Source: Octopus sinensis (lineage: Eukaryota). Taken from it: a DNA stretch of 64,000 nucleotides. Under the pieces are notes generated by a model. The model saw nothing but the letters and a program-made list of their open reading frames with translations. It was not told the origin of the DNA and did no database searches. The stretch covers positions 12,152,001 to 12,216,000 of the forward strand of contig NC_043023.1 in the NCBI RefSeq assembly GCF_006345805.1, written 5' to 3'. A program made the position numbers and the translations under genes. Positions 1-12,255 of the stretch are shown here, piece after piece. Numbering within the stretch: position 1 is the first letter of the stretch; every line of letters begins with the position of its first letter.

Positions 1-879
1 TCCTGTATGAATACGTTTGTGAATAGAGAAGTAACTTTTGTTAGAGAATGCTTCACCACAGATATTACAATGAAATGGCTTCTCACCCGTATGAATACGT
101 TTATGTTGAATTAAAGTGCCACTACGAGAGAAGGATTTACCACAGATATCACAATGATGAGGTTTCTCTCCTGTATGTGTGAATGTGTGTTTAGTCAAGG
201 CAATCCTTTGAGAGAATGATCTACCACAGATATCACAATGAAATGGCTTTTCCCCAGTATGAATACGTTTATGTTTAGTCAAGTCACTATTACAAGAAAA
301 TGATTTACCACAGATATCACAATGAAATGGCTTCTCTCCTGTATGAATACGTTTGTGAATAGAGAAGTGACTTATTTGAGAGAATGATTCACCACATATA
401 TCACAATGATATGGTTTTTCCCCTGTATGAATACGTTTATGATCAGTCAATTGACTATTACAAGAAAATGATTTACCGCAGATATTACAATGAAATGGCT
501 TCTCTCCTGTATGAATACGTTTATGTTGATTTAAAGTGCTATTCCAAGAAAATGATTTGCCACAGATATCACAATGATATGGTTTCTCTCCTGTGTGAAC
601 ACGCTGGTGTTTATTTAAGCCATTACTTTGAGAGAATGTTTTACCACAGATATTACAATGATACGGTTTTTCCCCTGTATGAATATGTTTATGATCAGAC
701 AAGTGACCTCTTCGAGAGAATGTTTTACTACAGATATCACAATGATATGGTCTTTCCCCAGTATGAAGATGTTTATGACTAGTCAATTCACTATTACAAG
801 AACATGATTTTCCACAGACATCACAGAAATATGGTTTCTCTCTTGTATCAGAGTTTTTAGGTTCAGTTAAATTATTCAT
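1..879 (-). CDS. ZF1: C2H2 zinc-finger protein, 3' end runs off the window (at least 10 fingers)
   Basis: Missing from ORF track (no stop in window). Manual translation from ATG 879 is open to base 1: [24 protein letters not shown]..., 10 CxxC-HxxxH units with TGEKP linkers. Confidence 0.9.
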   Translation of the reverse strand, partial: MNNLTEPKNSDTREKPYFCDVCGKSCSCNSELTSHKHLHTGERPYHCDICSKTFSRRGHLSDHKHIHTGEKPYHCNICGKTFSQSNGLNKHQRVHTGEKPYHCDICGKSFSWNSTLNQHKRIHTGEKPFHCNICGKSFSCNSQLTDHKRIHTGEKPYHCDICGESFSQISHFSIHKRIHTGEKPFHCDICGKSFSCNSDLTKHKRIHTGEKPFHCDICGRSFSQRIALTKHTFTHTGEKPHHCDICGKSFSRSGTLIQHKRIHTGEKPFHCNICGEAFSNKSYFSIHKRIHTG

Positions 880-1280
880 ATGACAGGATAATTTGTCATA
901 TATATCACAATAATATGTTTTTTTCTTTCTATGAATATGTTTGTGTCCATTTGCATAACTTTTTTCAGAGAATAATTTAATGTTAATCTTTCTTTCATGT
1001 GTGATCTTACTTAATACCTAAATCAACAGGTGAAAACTGTCAACTCATTGGTAAAGTTATCCAAACTTGTAAAGCAATCACCTCCTCTACATTCCAGACA
1101 GTGAAGACAAGAAAATATTTCGCCGTTATAGGTCATAGATTATATTATATAGAAGCGTTGATGTATAGATGAATGCTCCTTATAAATATATTGTCTTCCT
1201 TTAGTTGATGAAAGTTGATAAAAATATCAGAGGCACATCTGAACAAAGTAATTTGTTTTATGTCAACATGATGTGATATT

Positions 1281-3083
1281 CTGAAATAGAAAAAGAAACA
1301 GTAAGATAAAGAGGATAGTTAAGTGACATAGTAATTCAACATTGTAAATATTACAACATGACCACTGTCAGCCATTTAATGTCAATGTTTACAGGGGTCA
1401 GAGTTCATTGAGGCATTGAAACATTGGTATACCCACACAAGTTTACTACACACTTCACTTCTACCTTTCAGAAAAATGTTTGATTTAAGACTTCATGTTG
1501 CTGACCGGAATTCCCTTCTCTGGACCAGCTCGCTAGCTATCCAGCAGTGAAGGTCCCGGTCTTCATGTTGTCTGCGATGCGCCCATGGGCAGTGCCCTAC
1601 ACATCATTAGGATTTTTTTGCTTTGACCGGCAGCTTTTGAAAATAATTTCTATGTAAGCAAAAAATTTTAAACTTCGTATACTGGTAGAATGTGTTTATA
1701 AAACATCTTTTCTCTTTGGCTCTTTTGAGAAAATTTTGTAGTTTGTAACATATTTGTTGTTTAATTTGTTGCATTTCGGCAATTTCAACCAATCAAAGAC
1801 GTCTGTTGAGGTGAAAACGATTTCTGCCGTAAAATTTACTGGTGGCGTCATATGAAAATGTCCCTGTTTTTTATGAGAAAAAAGATACCCTATGGTTATA
1901 AACTGAGGGTTCACTCGTAAACAGAGCTGGATAACAAAACCGTTCCCTTTTTAGCGTCCACCCATAATTCTGACCCTAATGTCGATCTATTGCATTTCAA
2001 TCTGTTTTAGGGTTAGGGTTGGGGGCAAAGGTATCTTCTTTTCTTCAGAAATCTAAATAAACCCAATCTGTTTCTTAAACGAATATATAATATGTAACAG
2101 GGACATTTTCATACAACGCCGCCAGAAAATGTTTTCAACACAATAGACATCATTGATTGGTTGAAATTGCCGAAATGCCAGAAATAAAACAAATATGTTA
2201 CAAATACAGAATTTTCTCAAGAAAGCCAAGTGAAAAAGATGTTTTATAAACACATTCTACCAGTATACGAAGTTTTAAATTTTTTTAGTTGCATAGAAAT
2301 TACTTTAAAAATCTGCCGGTCAAAGTGAAAAGATCGCATCATTACTCTCAAAGTTCAAATCACATCAAGGTCGCCTTTCATCATTTCCAGTTAGAAAAAA
2401 TAAGAAGCAATCAAGTACTAGGGTCCATGTAATTCACTTATGCCTTCCCGCCAATTTTCAGGTCAAAAGCACAAAAGATTACTATCATCATCATTTTTAT
2501 TTTCTTCACACGGAATGGAATGAAATACAAAGCCAACCTCGGCGGAAAGTCCTCAGTTCAAATACGGATGAGATCGACTTTGTCTTTCATCTCTTCCGGG
2601 AAAAAACCGGGACCCATGCAATCGACTTATCGCTCGTATTAAACATTGCTGACCCTGGGCCAGTTTTGAAATCATCATCATCATTACTATTATTAATATA
2701 ACATTAGAGTAAATCTTTATCAACTTACCGTTTTATCAATGCCTCATAAACAACAGGATAACATATATTAATGTGGAATTCTTCAATCGGACTCCTCACA
2801 TTTTACTAATTAATTACGCTGTTTTATTCTCACTTTACCAATTAATTTCAGTTCTATCACATGTAACAGTCGGTCATAGTATTTTATAAACAACAAATCA
2901 ACATTTCAGTTTGGAAATTATTAATTAAGACGAACAAATATATTTTCCTAATTATTGTCAGGTTCCCGCTTGGAAAAATAATTACTGTAACATCGAGAGG
3001 TTCACAGAATTCTATCATTTACCTTATTATTAGTAGTATTATCAACACTATTACAGCCTTAAAGTAAATCTTTGTCAACTTAC
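1281..3083 (-). other. ZF1 5'-UTR intron
   Basis: Donor GAATACG|GTAAGT (exon ends 3084) and acceptor TTTCAG|AATATCAC (exon starts 1280); same signals recur in paralogs. Second donor-like copy at 2729. Confidence 0.7.
1610..2336. mobile_element. GGATC-family MITE, long-TIR form
   Basis: Inverted arms of about 250 bp; 8-bp TSD CATCATTA at 1602-1609 and 2337-2344. GG termini plus 8-bp TSD fit Merlin or hAT. Confidence 0.85.
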
Positions 3084-3220
3084 CGTATTCACAAATAAAC
3101 AGTGACTCAGTGATCGGTAATTAACCTCCCTAATTAACTTCCCTAATTAGCTATTTTGGTCTCGTGGTTGATGTCTTGTAGAAGTTGTTTCCCCTTGATA
3201 TGATTGTATTTCCTTATTCT

Positions 3221-3239
3221 CCAATAGAGAGCGCTACTG
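3221..3239. promoter_or_regulatory. Conserved CTCF-like element near ZF1 first exon
   Basis: CCAATAGAGAGCGCTACTG, 137 bp upstream of the donor; homologous motif at five promoters. Confidence 0.55.
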
Positions 3240-3358
3240 ATTCATTGGATTCGTTCCGGTGTTTTTTTAACTTTGTCCCTTTCTGTGAATAACTCCATCT
3301 TCAAGTTTTTTTTAAATTCTCACCAGATTATTTTAATAAAGTTTACTTGTATATTCTA

Positions 3359-3752
3359 GGATATTTTCGCTTTGACCGGCAGTTTTTTAAAATAATTTCT
3401 ACGTAACTAAACACTTTTAAATTTCGTTTACTGGTAGAATGTGTTTATGAAATATCTTTTCTCTTGGCTTTATTGAGAAAATTCTATAGTTTGTAAGATA
3501 TTTGTTGTTTTTCTGCAATTTCAACAAATCAATGACGTCTACTAAGGTGAAAACATTCTATGCCGTATGAATATGTCCCTCGTTTAAGAAACAGATTGGG
3601 TTATTTACATTTGTGAAGAAAAAAAAGATACCCTTCACCCCACCCCTAAAACAGATTGAAATGCACAACAGATCGATGCTAGGGTCATAATTATGGGTGA
3701 CAATTTCATATGACACCGCTAGAAAAATCTGCCGTTCAAACTGAAAAGATCC
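3359..3752 (+). mobile_element. GGATC-family MITE (about 400-bp form) without matching TSD
   Basis: Both TIRs present; flanks ATATTCTA and CATCATCT do not match. Confidence 0.8.
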
Positions 3753-3764
3753 CATCATCTTTAT

Positions 3765-4060
3765 CTATAAAAATATTGACTCTGAGATCTTGATTACTGA
3801 AAATGCCTGTGTTTGGATTTTGATGAATTTGTTGCAAAAGAAAAATGAATCAAAAGTTAGACTGACCATCTTGTGTTTTGTTTCTCTAAATCTAGACACT
3901 GTCCCTTCTATACCTTAAATATCTCAAAGGCCCAAAGTCATACCCCTTCAAACTACCCTCTTTCCCTCCCTGTTGTGGGGGGATTTTGTCATGCAAGGTA
4001 CTGGGTGACCCTGTTGATGCTGGTACCACATAAAAAGCACTTGCTGGTGCCATGTAAAGA
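3765..4060 (+). pseudogene. Orphan ZNF 3'-UTR/flank relic
   Basis: Reverse complement of 5450-5750 (distal ZF2 3' region); no finger ORF upstream on this strand. Confidence 0.6.
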
Positions 4061-4062
4061 AT

Positions 4063-4420
4063 CCTAGCAGAAACGTTAGCACCCGGGTGAAATGCTTAGC
4101 GGTATCTCGTCTGCAATTATGTTCTGAGTTCAAATTCTGCCGAGGTCGACTTTGCCTTTCATGCTTGCAGGGTCGATAAATTAAGTACCAGATACACACT
4201 GGGGTCGATGTAATCGACTTAATCCCTCTCTGTCCTTGTTTGTACCCGTATTTCGTCTTCCGTTACGTTCTCAGTTCAAATTCTGCCGAGGTCGACTTTG
4301 CCTTTCATCCTTTCAGTGTCGATTAAATAAGTACCAGTTACGCACTGGGGTCGATATAATCGATTTCATCCGTGTGTCTGTCCTTGTTTGTCCCCTTGTG
4401 GGTAGTAAAGAAATAGGTAT
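4063..4420 (+). mobile_element. tRNA-derived SINE-B (duplicated core)
   Basis: GCAGAAACGTTAGC head, GAGTTCAAATTC B-box, GCCTTTCATCC...GGTCGAT core repeated; many copies in window. Confidence 0.8.
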
Positions 4421-4579
4421 CAAAAGGGTTAATATTCCTTTAAATTCCGAGCAATGCTGGGTACTTAGGCTACTATATATGTGTGTTTGTATGCACGTAT
4501 ATATTTGGGTATGTGTATAAATGCTTTTCCCTCAGCCATTGCTTAACTGGTACTGGTGTGTTTATGTCCGTCTTGGAGT

Positions 4580-4800
4580 CGATTTCTGATTTCTTTATTG
4601 CCCACAAGGAAATAAACACAGAGAGGACAAACAGGGACAGGGATTAAGTCGACTACATCAACCCCAGTGAGTAACTGGTACTTTATTTATCAACCCCAAC
4701 AGGATGAAAGGCCAAGTCGACCTCGGTGGAATTTGAACTCAGAACATAACACTAGATGAAATACATTTCCCCGGCATGCTAATGCTTCTGCCAGCTCAAC
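4580..4800 (-). mobile_element. SINE-B
   Basis: Reverse complement of SINE-B core and head. Confidence 0.7.
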
Positions 4801-4818
4801 TCAACCTTAGGCTACTAC

Positions 4819-4853
<35 letters not shown>

Positions 4854-4877
4854 AATGTATATCTATATATATATAAA

Positions 4878-5065
4878 TCATCATCATCGTTTAGCATCTG
4901 CTTTCCATGCTAGCATGGGTTGGACAGTTCAACTGGGGTCTGGGAAGCCAGAAGGCTGTGCCGGGCCCAATCTGATCTGGCAGTGTTTCTACAGCTGGAT
5001 GCCCTTCCTAACGCCAACCACTCCGAGAGTGTAGTGGGTGCTTTTTTCATGCCACCGGCACAGTG
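4878..5065 (-). mobile_element. SINE-C 3' part with (TGA)n tail
   Basis: CCATGCTAGCATGGGTTGG and CAGCTGGATGCCCTTCCTAACGCCAACC motifs shared with about 10 copies. Confidence 0.75.
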
Positions 5066-5847
5066 GACTGAGCCTTGCTGGACACCTACTTCTACCCGGA
5101 ATTCTTCACTATATGTATATATGTATATAATGTATATCTATATGTATTTGGGTATGTGTCTATGTCTTTTTTTGTCCACCTACCTCGGGCTTAACTATTG
5201 GTACGGGTGTGTTTACGTCCCTGTAACTGATGTTTAGCAAAAGTCACAGATAAAATCAGTACTAGACTTACAAAGATAAGTCTTGAGGTCGATTTCTTCC
5301 ACTAACAACCTTGAAGGTGGTGCTCCAGCATGGCCTCAGTCAAATGATTGAAACACGTCAAAGAATAAAAGAGTACATATAAATTCAGGAGCAATATAGA
5401 AACAAGGCATTTGAATAACAAGACCCCCGTAGAGTTGGGGATTCCATACCTTTACTTTAACAGTGTGTAAGGACATGTAACATCAGCACCAAAAGGGTCA
5501 CCAAATCCCTAGGTGACAAAAAAATCCCACAACAGGGAGGTGGGCAGTTAGTATTGAACAGGTGTGCCATTGTGCCAGTTGAGAGATTTAAGGTATAGAG
5601 GAGACAGTGTCTAGATATTGAGTAACAAAACAAACACAAAATGGTCTAACTTTTATTCTGATTTTTTATTCATTATTCTTTTCTAGGAATTCCTCAAAAT
5701 CCAAACGCAGGCATTTAGCAATCAAGTTAACTCAGAGTCAATATTTTTACAGATTATGACAGGTTTGAGGTTCACACTGACGGTATTCAAATTGATGATG
5801 GGAAAAACCCTGCATTACAGCTGACAAAACAGACTTAATTGTTGTAA

Positions 5848-8784
5848 TTTCTTATGATAAAACGCAGATTTTCTCTGCCTGTTACCATGTTCATTTTTAA
5901 TACAATTCTACAATATAGAATTTCTTCAATTGGAATTTACCTATGATTTTTTGAAGTAGATTCGATTGGGTCATGGCATATCAATTTTTTTCAATTTGAC
6001 CCCCAATTAAGCAAAAATTCGATAAAACTCAATATTTTACGATTTGCCTCTCTCATTCCATTACCACACTTTCTCTTTGCAAGTGCGAAACTATTAAAGT
6101 GAAAGTATTATATAACAGGGATGAGCCATTAATAGTGGTCATCCTTTTTGCTAGAAGATCCGCTATGGTCTTATATGCTACACACTGATTTTCAATTCAT
6201 ATTAATCAAGTTAATATTCAATTTCAACCTTATTATGTGTGTGTGTGTGTATTAGCAATTCGTATAAAATTGCATCAATGACTTGAACAAGTGGTTTCAC
6301 ATCTATGGAGATAAATTAAAAAGGTTTGTTATTATTAATACTGTTTGACTATTGTAATCACGTTTGTTGGTTCCTCGTCAGGGAAACGTTGTTGTGTTGC
6401 ATTTGTTAAATAATTGTAAACCGCAACCCTCCCCCTTTCAGAGAAAGTTATTGTATAAAAATTGAATTGTGTCCCTGTTTGGGGAAATTGACAATATTTT
6501 CACCCGTCTTTACGGAAGCATTTTGTTTTAAATGCCTTTGATAGAAGAAAGTCCAAAAATGAATTTCACTGCAGCCGTACACTTCTATACAAGAGGGAGG
6601 ATAAGATCCAATTGATTGAAATTGCAAGAGACGGGCCTACAATTCCAGTCTGTTATATATTTTGAGTATTGTTATCACTAGCGATATCAAGATATAACTT
6701 TGTATTTATGTGTAGATGTATATATATATAGATGTACATGTAATATGTACACATATATATACATGCATAATATTTCTACTCATACACATATATGCACCAA
6801 CACACAAACATAGGGGCAGGTGTGGCTGTGTGGTCACAAACTACGTTCCAAATACATGGTCCTGGGTTCAGTCCCACTGTGTGGTGACTTGGCATGTCTT
6901 CTGCTGTAGCTTCAGACCAACAAAAGCCTTCTCAGTGGATTTTGTACATATATACAGGCATACATACATATATATACATGCATACATACATATTCGGCAT
7001 AAACACTCTACCACTACAACTAATAACTGTTGGGAACACTTTCAAACCTGCCTTACATTCGAACCGGAATCTCAAAAACATTGTCCCCTTCAGCGCCAAG
7101 CTCAACTGCTCTATCCTGACATTGATGACGTTGACATTGATGACAGAATTGCTAAACTGGGTGGAAATGAATTGTCGACGTATGGCCTGCCACAAGCATT
7201 CAGGTCAGGGTCAAATAGCCTTCCCACTGCTGTCATTCGTGAAACAACCTACGACACTCAAGCGCTTTCAAAGTACATTGTTGAAAATGAGCCTAAATTA
7301 CTTCCAGACCAGTTGCACGCGTACAGAACTATTCTTAACAGTGTATGCCAACGCGAGGGATGAATCTTCTTCCTCGATGCTCCTGGAGGGACAGGAAAAA
7401 CATTTATTATAAAGCTTCTCCTTGCAGAAGTTAGGTAGCATCAGGACATTGCAGTAGCTGTAGCCTACTTTGGCATTGCAGCTACTTTGTTACCCGGTGG
7501 CAGGACAGCACACTCAACTTTTAAACTCCCTCTCAATTTAGCAGCATCTGAAATGCCTTCATGCAACATCAACAAAAGCTCAAATCAGGGACAAGTACTT
7601 AAAATGTATTATGTAATTGTCTGGGATGAGTGCACTATGGCTCACAAGGGAGCTTTGGAAGCATTAGATAGAGCCCTGAAAGACATCCGAGACTGTCAGG
7701 CTCCAATGGAAGGTGTAACGTTTCTGTTGTCAGGTGATTTCAGGCAAACTCTTCCTGTCATTCCGAAAGGCACTAGAGCTGATGAAGTTCAAGCATGCCT
7801 AAAGTCCTCTACCCTGTGGCATCATGTTACAATCTTTAGTCTCACCACTAACATGAGAGCTCAGCTACACGGCGACAAAATGTCCACAAAGCTTGCACAG
7901 GACATTTTGACACTTGTGTGAAGGCAAGATGCCTTTCGATGGTGCAGGACAAATGGAAGTGTGGTCATTTTCCTCTGTTGTTAATTCTATAGATGACCTC
8001 AAAAACAAAGTCTTTCCCAACTTCACACAAAACTACCAAAATCACAATTGGCTGTGTGAAAGAGCAATATTAGCTCCAAAAAACGTCACTGTTAACAAAA
8101 TTAATCAACAGCTAATGCATTCTCTTCCTGGCACTATACACACTTAAGTCTGTTGATACAATTCCAGATATAAATGAAGGTGTGAACTGTCCTCCTGAAT
8201 TTCTCAATTCACTGGAGCCTCCTCGACTACCTCCACACATATTACCACCAAGACTTTGCAATGGAACACGACTGGTGATAAAGAAAATGATATCACAGGT
8301 TATCGAGGCGATCATTCTTTTTGGATGTGGAAAAGGTGATGACATCTTTATTCCAAGATTTCCTCTTACTCCATCAGGAACAGAAATTCCATTTACATTC
8401 AGAAGACTGCAATTCCCCCTTCGTGTCAGTTTTGCCATGTCCATTAACAAATCTCAGGGTCAAACCCTCTCTGTAGCTGGTCTTCTCTTGGAAGAGCCCT
8501 GCTTCTCGCATAGGCAACTGTATGTTGGCTGCTCAAGAGTAGGACCAAAAGAAACCTTTCCACAAGGAAAAACAAGGAACATTGTTTACAACGAGGTGTA
8601 ATAATCTCAACAGCCAGGAGGTATATACATGATCCCCTTTTTTTTTAACAAACTTCATGTACTTTCATGTATTTATATAAATATACATATATTTGTGTGT
8701 GTGTATCCATGTATATATATATATAACAGAAAAGTCTAATTCTTCTATTGAATGTAACCGGGCAATGCCGGGTATCTCTGCTAG
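5848..8784 (+). mobile_element. Internally deleted Helitron in ZF2 3' UTR
   Basis: Ends with hairpin ACCGGGCAATGCCGGGT (8757-8773) and CTAG (8781-8784) followed by T; removing 5848-8784 restores the conserved 3'-UTR sequence TTGTTGTAA|TGTTTTAATAAA (A/T insertion site). Confidence 0.8.
7075..8601 (+). pseudogene. Helitron PIF1-like helicase remnant
   Basis: Motifs [56 protein letters not shown], split by stops and frameshifts. Confidence 0.9.
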
Positions 8785-8948
8785 TGTTTTAATAAATCCT
8801 GACATTGGTACAGTTACAATTGTTGTGAATACCCAGGTGTATGAATGTAGTTTTTTTCAAGAGAATGGTTTAGCACAGATGTCACTCTGACATGGCTTCT
8901 CTCCTGTAGGAATATATTCATTTACAGTTAAGTCTATGAGAGAATGAT

Positions 8949-9779
8949 TTACAACAGATTTGACCATGATGTAGATTTTGTGTGGCATGAAAATGTACAT
9001 TCGCAAGAGAATGATTTACCACAGATATCACATTGGTATGGCTTCTCTCCCGTATGGATATGATTGTGTCTAGACAAGCCCCCATTTCGAGAGAATGATT
9101 TACCACAGATATTACAACGATATGGCTTCTCTCCTGTATGAATACGTTTGTGCCTACTTAAACTACTACTTTCAGGAAATGATTTACCACAGATACTACA
9201 ATGATATGGCTTCTCACCTGTGTGAATACGTTTGTGTTTAATCAGGTCACTACTTGCAGAAAATGATCTACCACAGATATTACAATGATATGGCTTCTCT
9301 CCTGTATGAGTACGTTTGTGTTTAAGCAAGTCACCACTTTGAGAAAATGATTTACCACAAATATCACATTGATATGGCTTTTCCCCAGTATGAATACGTT
9401 TGTGACGAGCCAAAGTTTCTTTTGTGGAAATTGATTTACCACAGATATGACAGTGATATGGCTTCTCTCCTGTATGTGTGTATGTGTGTTTAGTCAAGTG
9501 ACCCCTTTGACAGAATGATTTACCACAAATATCACAGTGATATGGCTTCTCTCCTGTATGAACACGTTTGTGTCTTTTCAAAAGACCAGACTCAGAAAAT
9601 GATTTACCACAGATATCACAGTGATATGGTTTTTCCCCAGTATGAATACGTGTGTGACAGGTGAAAGAACCCCTTTGAGAGAATGATTTACCACAGATAT
9701 CACAGGGATATGGCTTCTCTCTTGTATCAGGGGTTTTTGGTTCAGTCAAATTATTCATTATGAGAGAATAATCTGTCAT
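8949..9779 (-). CDS. ZF2: C2H2 zinc-finger protein, 8 intact fingers plus a broken ninth
   Basis: ORF track start is TTG; first ATG 9779, family-conserved ATG AAT AAT at 9758. Decayed fingers continue to about 8830. Intron 10196-12762. Confidence 0.9.
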   Translation of the reverse strand: MTDYSLIMNNLTEPKTPDTREKPYPCDICGKSFSQRGSFTCHTRIHTGEKPYHCDICGKSFSESGLLKRHKRVHTGEKPYHCDICGKSFCQRGHLTKHTYTHTGEKPYHCHICGKSISTKETLARHKRIHTGEKPYQCDICGKSFSQSGDLLKHKRTHTGEKPYHCNICGRSFSASSDLIKHKRIHTGEKPYHCSICGKSFPESSSLSRHKRIHTGEKPYRCNICGKSFSRNGGLSRHNHIHTGEKPYQCDICGKSFSCECTFSCHTKSTSWSNLL

Positions 9780-10425
9780 AAATATCACAATAATAGTGTG
9801 TTTTTCCAAATTCTGTGGATGTTAGTGTTTAGTTGTGTCTGTATTTCCAGAGAATAATTTAATGTTATGTTTCTTTCATTTGTTATTTTACTCAATGTCT
9901 AAAATAGAAAATGTAAACTGTCAAATCTTTTGTAAAGTTATCCAACGTTAATCAAACTGTTAATTGATAATCTCCTCTACATTCCAGACAGTGAAGAAAA
10001 ACAATGTTGTTGTCAAATACAATGTCCAGAAATTTTTTCCCATCATTTGTCTAAGATCAAATTTATATTAAGAGTTTGATGTATTGATGAATGGTTCTTG
10101 TTAATACGTGGACGTCCTTCAGTCAAGGAAAGTCAATAAAAACAGAGGCACATCAGAATGAAGAAATTTCTTTTATGTCGACACGATGTGATAATCTAAA
10201 ATAGGAAAAGAGGCAGTAAGATAAAGTGGATAGTTAAACAACAGAGTAATTCAATTTTACGACATCAATTGTCATCCATTTAATATCTACGTTTGCATGG
10301 GTCAGAATCCATTGAGGCATTGAAACTTTTACAACATTCTGTATATAGATGAATCGCTTCCACATTTCTCTAATTATTTATCTGTTTTCTTTCTCTTCTC
10401 TCCTTTCACTTGTTTCACCTGTGAA

Positions 10426-10715
10426 GTGGCATGGCTTAGTGGTTAGGGTATTTCACTCACAATTGTAAAGTTGTGAGTTCGATACACAGTGGTGCAATGA
10501 GTCTCCAAGCCATTTTATTTCACTCTGCATTAGTCCACTCAGGTGTGAAAAATGAGTTTCACCTGTAATTCAAAGGGCCAGTCTTCTCACCATCCGTGTC
10601 ATGCTGTGCCTCCCTGAAGACTATATTAAGGGTCCCCATGTCTGTGGAATACTCAGACATTTGCATGTTAATTCCATGAGCAGGCTTTTCAGTTAATTGG
10701 ATGAACTAAAACACA
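10426..10715 (+). mobile_element. tRNA-derived SINE-D in ZF2 intron
   Basis: GTGGCATGGCTTAGTGG A-box-like and GAGTTCGATAC B-box-like; same element at equivalent intron position at 47030 and 52176. Confidence 0.7.
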
Positions 10716-10919
10716 GAATGCCAGCTACTGTTTCACTCAGGGACTGTGGCCATGCTGGAGTACTTCTTTAGAGATTTCATTTAAAAATACCAATTTTTCA
10801 GAAAGTGACGAGGAAATGAAGTCGGTGGAGCACACTTAAGTAATTACCCCAGACGAATTTATAGTTATTCCATCAGAATTAATTAGGCAAGTTTCCTCTT
10901 ATTGTGCAGTAATTAAATG

Positions 10920-11418
10920 GGATCGTTTCCCTTTGAATGGCAGACAATTTCTAGTCAACTAAACACTTTGAAACTTCGTATACTGGTAGAATGTGTCAAA
11001 AGAAAACATTTTTTTCTCTTGGCTTTCTTGAGAAAGTTGTAATTTGTTTGTTTAACGTAGTTTAATTTTTCGAATTTTAACCAATCCTATGCTCTCTCAA
11101 AACTAAAGCAATGGAAAGTGATTTAAACAATTAACAATCAAAATAATTCTATAAACAATTAAGAAAAAAAAAGTTAGGGTTAGTTACAGGATGTTGTCTC
11201 AGTTTTAGACGCAGCAAATGATTTTAGCTCAATAGAGGGCATAGGATTGGTTAAAATTCAAAGAATCAAACTACGTTAAACAAACAAATTACAATTTTCT
11301 CAAGAAAGCCAAGAGAAAAAATGTTTTATTTTGACACATTCTACCAGTATACGAAGTTTCAAAGTGTTTAGTTGACTAGAAATTGTGTTGAAAACTGCCG
11401 TTCAAAAGGAAAAGATCC
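10920..11418. mobile_element. GGATC-family MITE, palindromic form
   Basis: About 190-bp inverted arms; 8-bp TSD ATTAAATG at 10912-10919 and 11419-11426. Confidence 0.85.
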
Positions 11419-11804
11419 ATTAAATGTAAAGAACATGTAACGATTCTGAATTACCGTTAATCTACGAAATCTTTTATCTATTTACTTTCTATCACATGTA
11501 ACTCTCATCGGATTTTACTCTAAAAGTTCAAATTCCACCGTGGTTCATTTTGCCTTTCAGACTTTCGAGTTCAATAAAATAAGAAGCAGGGTTCCATACA
11601 ATAGAATTACACCTCCCAACCAAATTACAGGCCTTATGCCTTAAGTAAAAATGCTTATCATCATCATCATCATCACCGTTATTATTTATACACTCTGAAA
11701 AGAATTCAAGTCAAATCTCGACTTCGGCGGAAGGTTCTGAGTTCAAATACGGCCGAGGTCGATCTTGCCTTTCATTCCTTTCTGGAAATACTGGGGTCCA
11801 TATA

Positions 11805-12255
11805 TTCTTATTTCTTTATTGCCCACAAGGGGCTAAACAAACGGATTAAGTCGATTACATCGACCCAGTTCGTAACTGGTCCTTAATTTATCGACCCCGA
11901 AAGGATGAAAGGCAAAGCCGACCTCGGCGGAATTTGAAACCAGAACGTAACGGCAGACGAAATACCTGTTTCTTTACTACCCACAAGAGTCTTAAACACA
12001 GAGGGGACAAACAAGGACAGACAAAGGGATTAAGTCGATTATATCGACCCAGTGCGAAACTGGTCCGTAATTTATTGACCCCGAAAGGATGAAAGGCAAA
12101 GTCGACCTCGGCGGAATTTGAACTCAGAGCGTAACGGCTGAGGAAATACATATTTCTTTACTACCCACAAGGGGCTAAACACAGAAGGGACAAACAAGGA
12201 CAGACAAACGGATTAAGTCGATTACATCGATCCAGTTCGTAACTGGTACTTAATT
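11805..12255 (-). mobile_element. SINE-B tandem cluster
   Basis: Repeated ...GGATGAAAGGCAAAGTCGACCTCGGCGGAATTTGAAC... units. Confidence 0.8.

Noticed and set aside
384-782. ORF MIHHIYHNDMV... and similar antisense or alternate-frame ORFs over the finger arrays (20925-21692, 25727-26821, 41226-41456, 58389-58637)
   Set aside because: Shadow frames of the 84-bp finger repeat; no independent gene signals.
2005-2025. TTAGGG repeats as an interstitial telomere or fusion scar
   Set aside because: Only two units and always inside the MITE.
10426-10500. tRNA genes at SINE heads
   Set aside because: A and B boxes present but no complete cloverleaf seen; each continues into SINE body.
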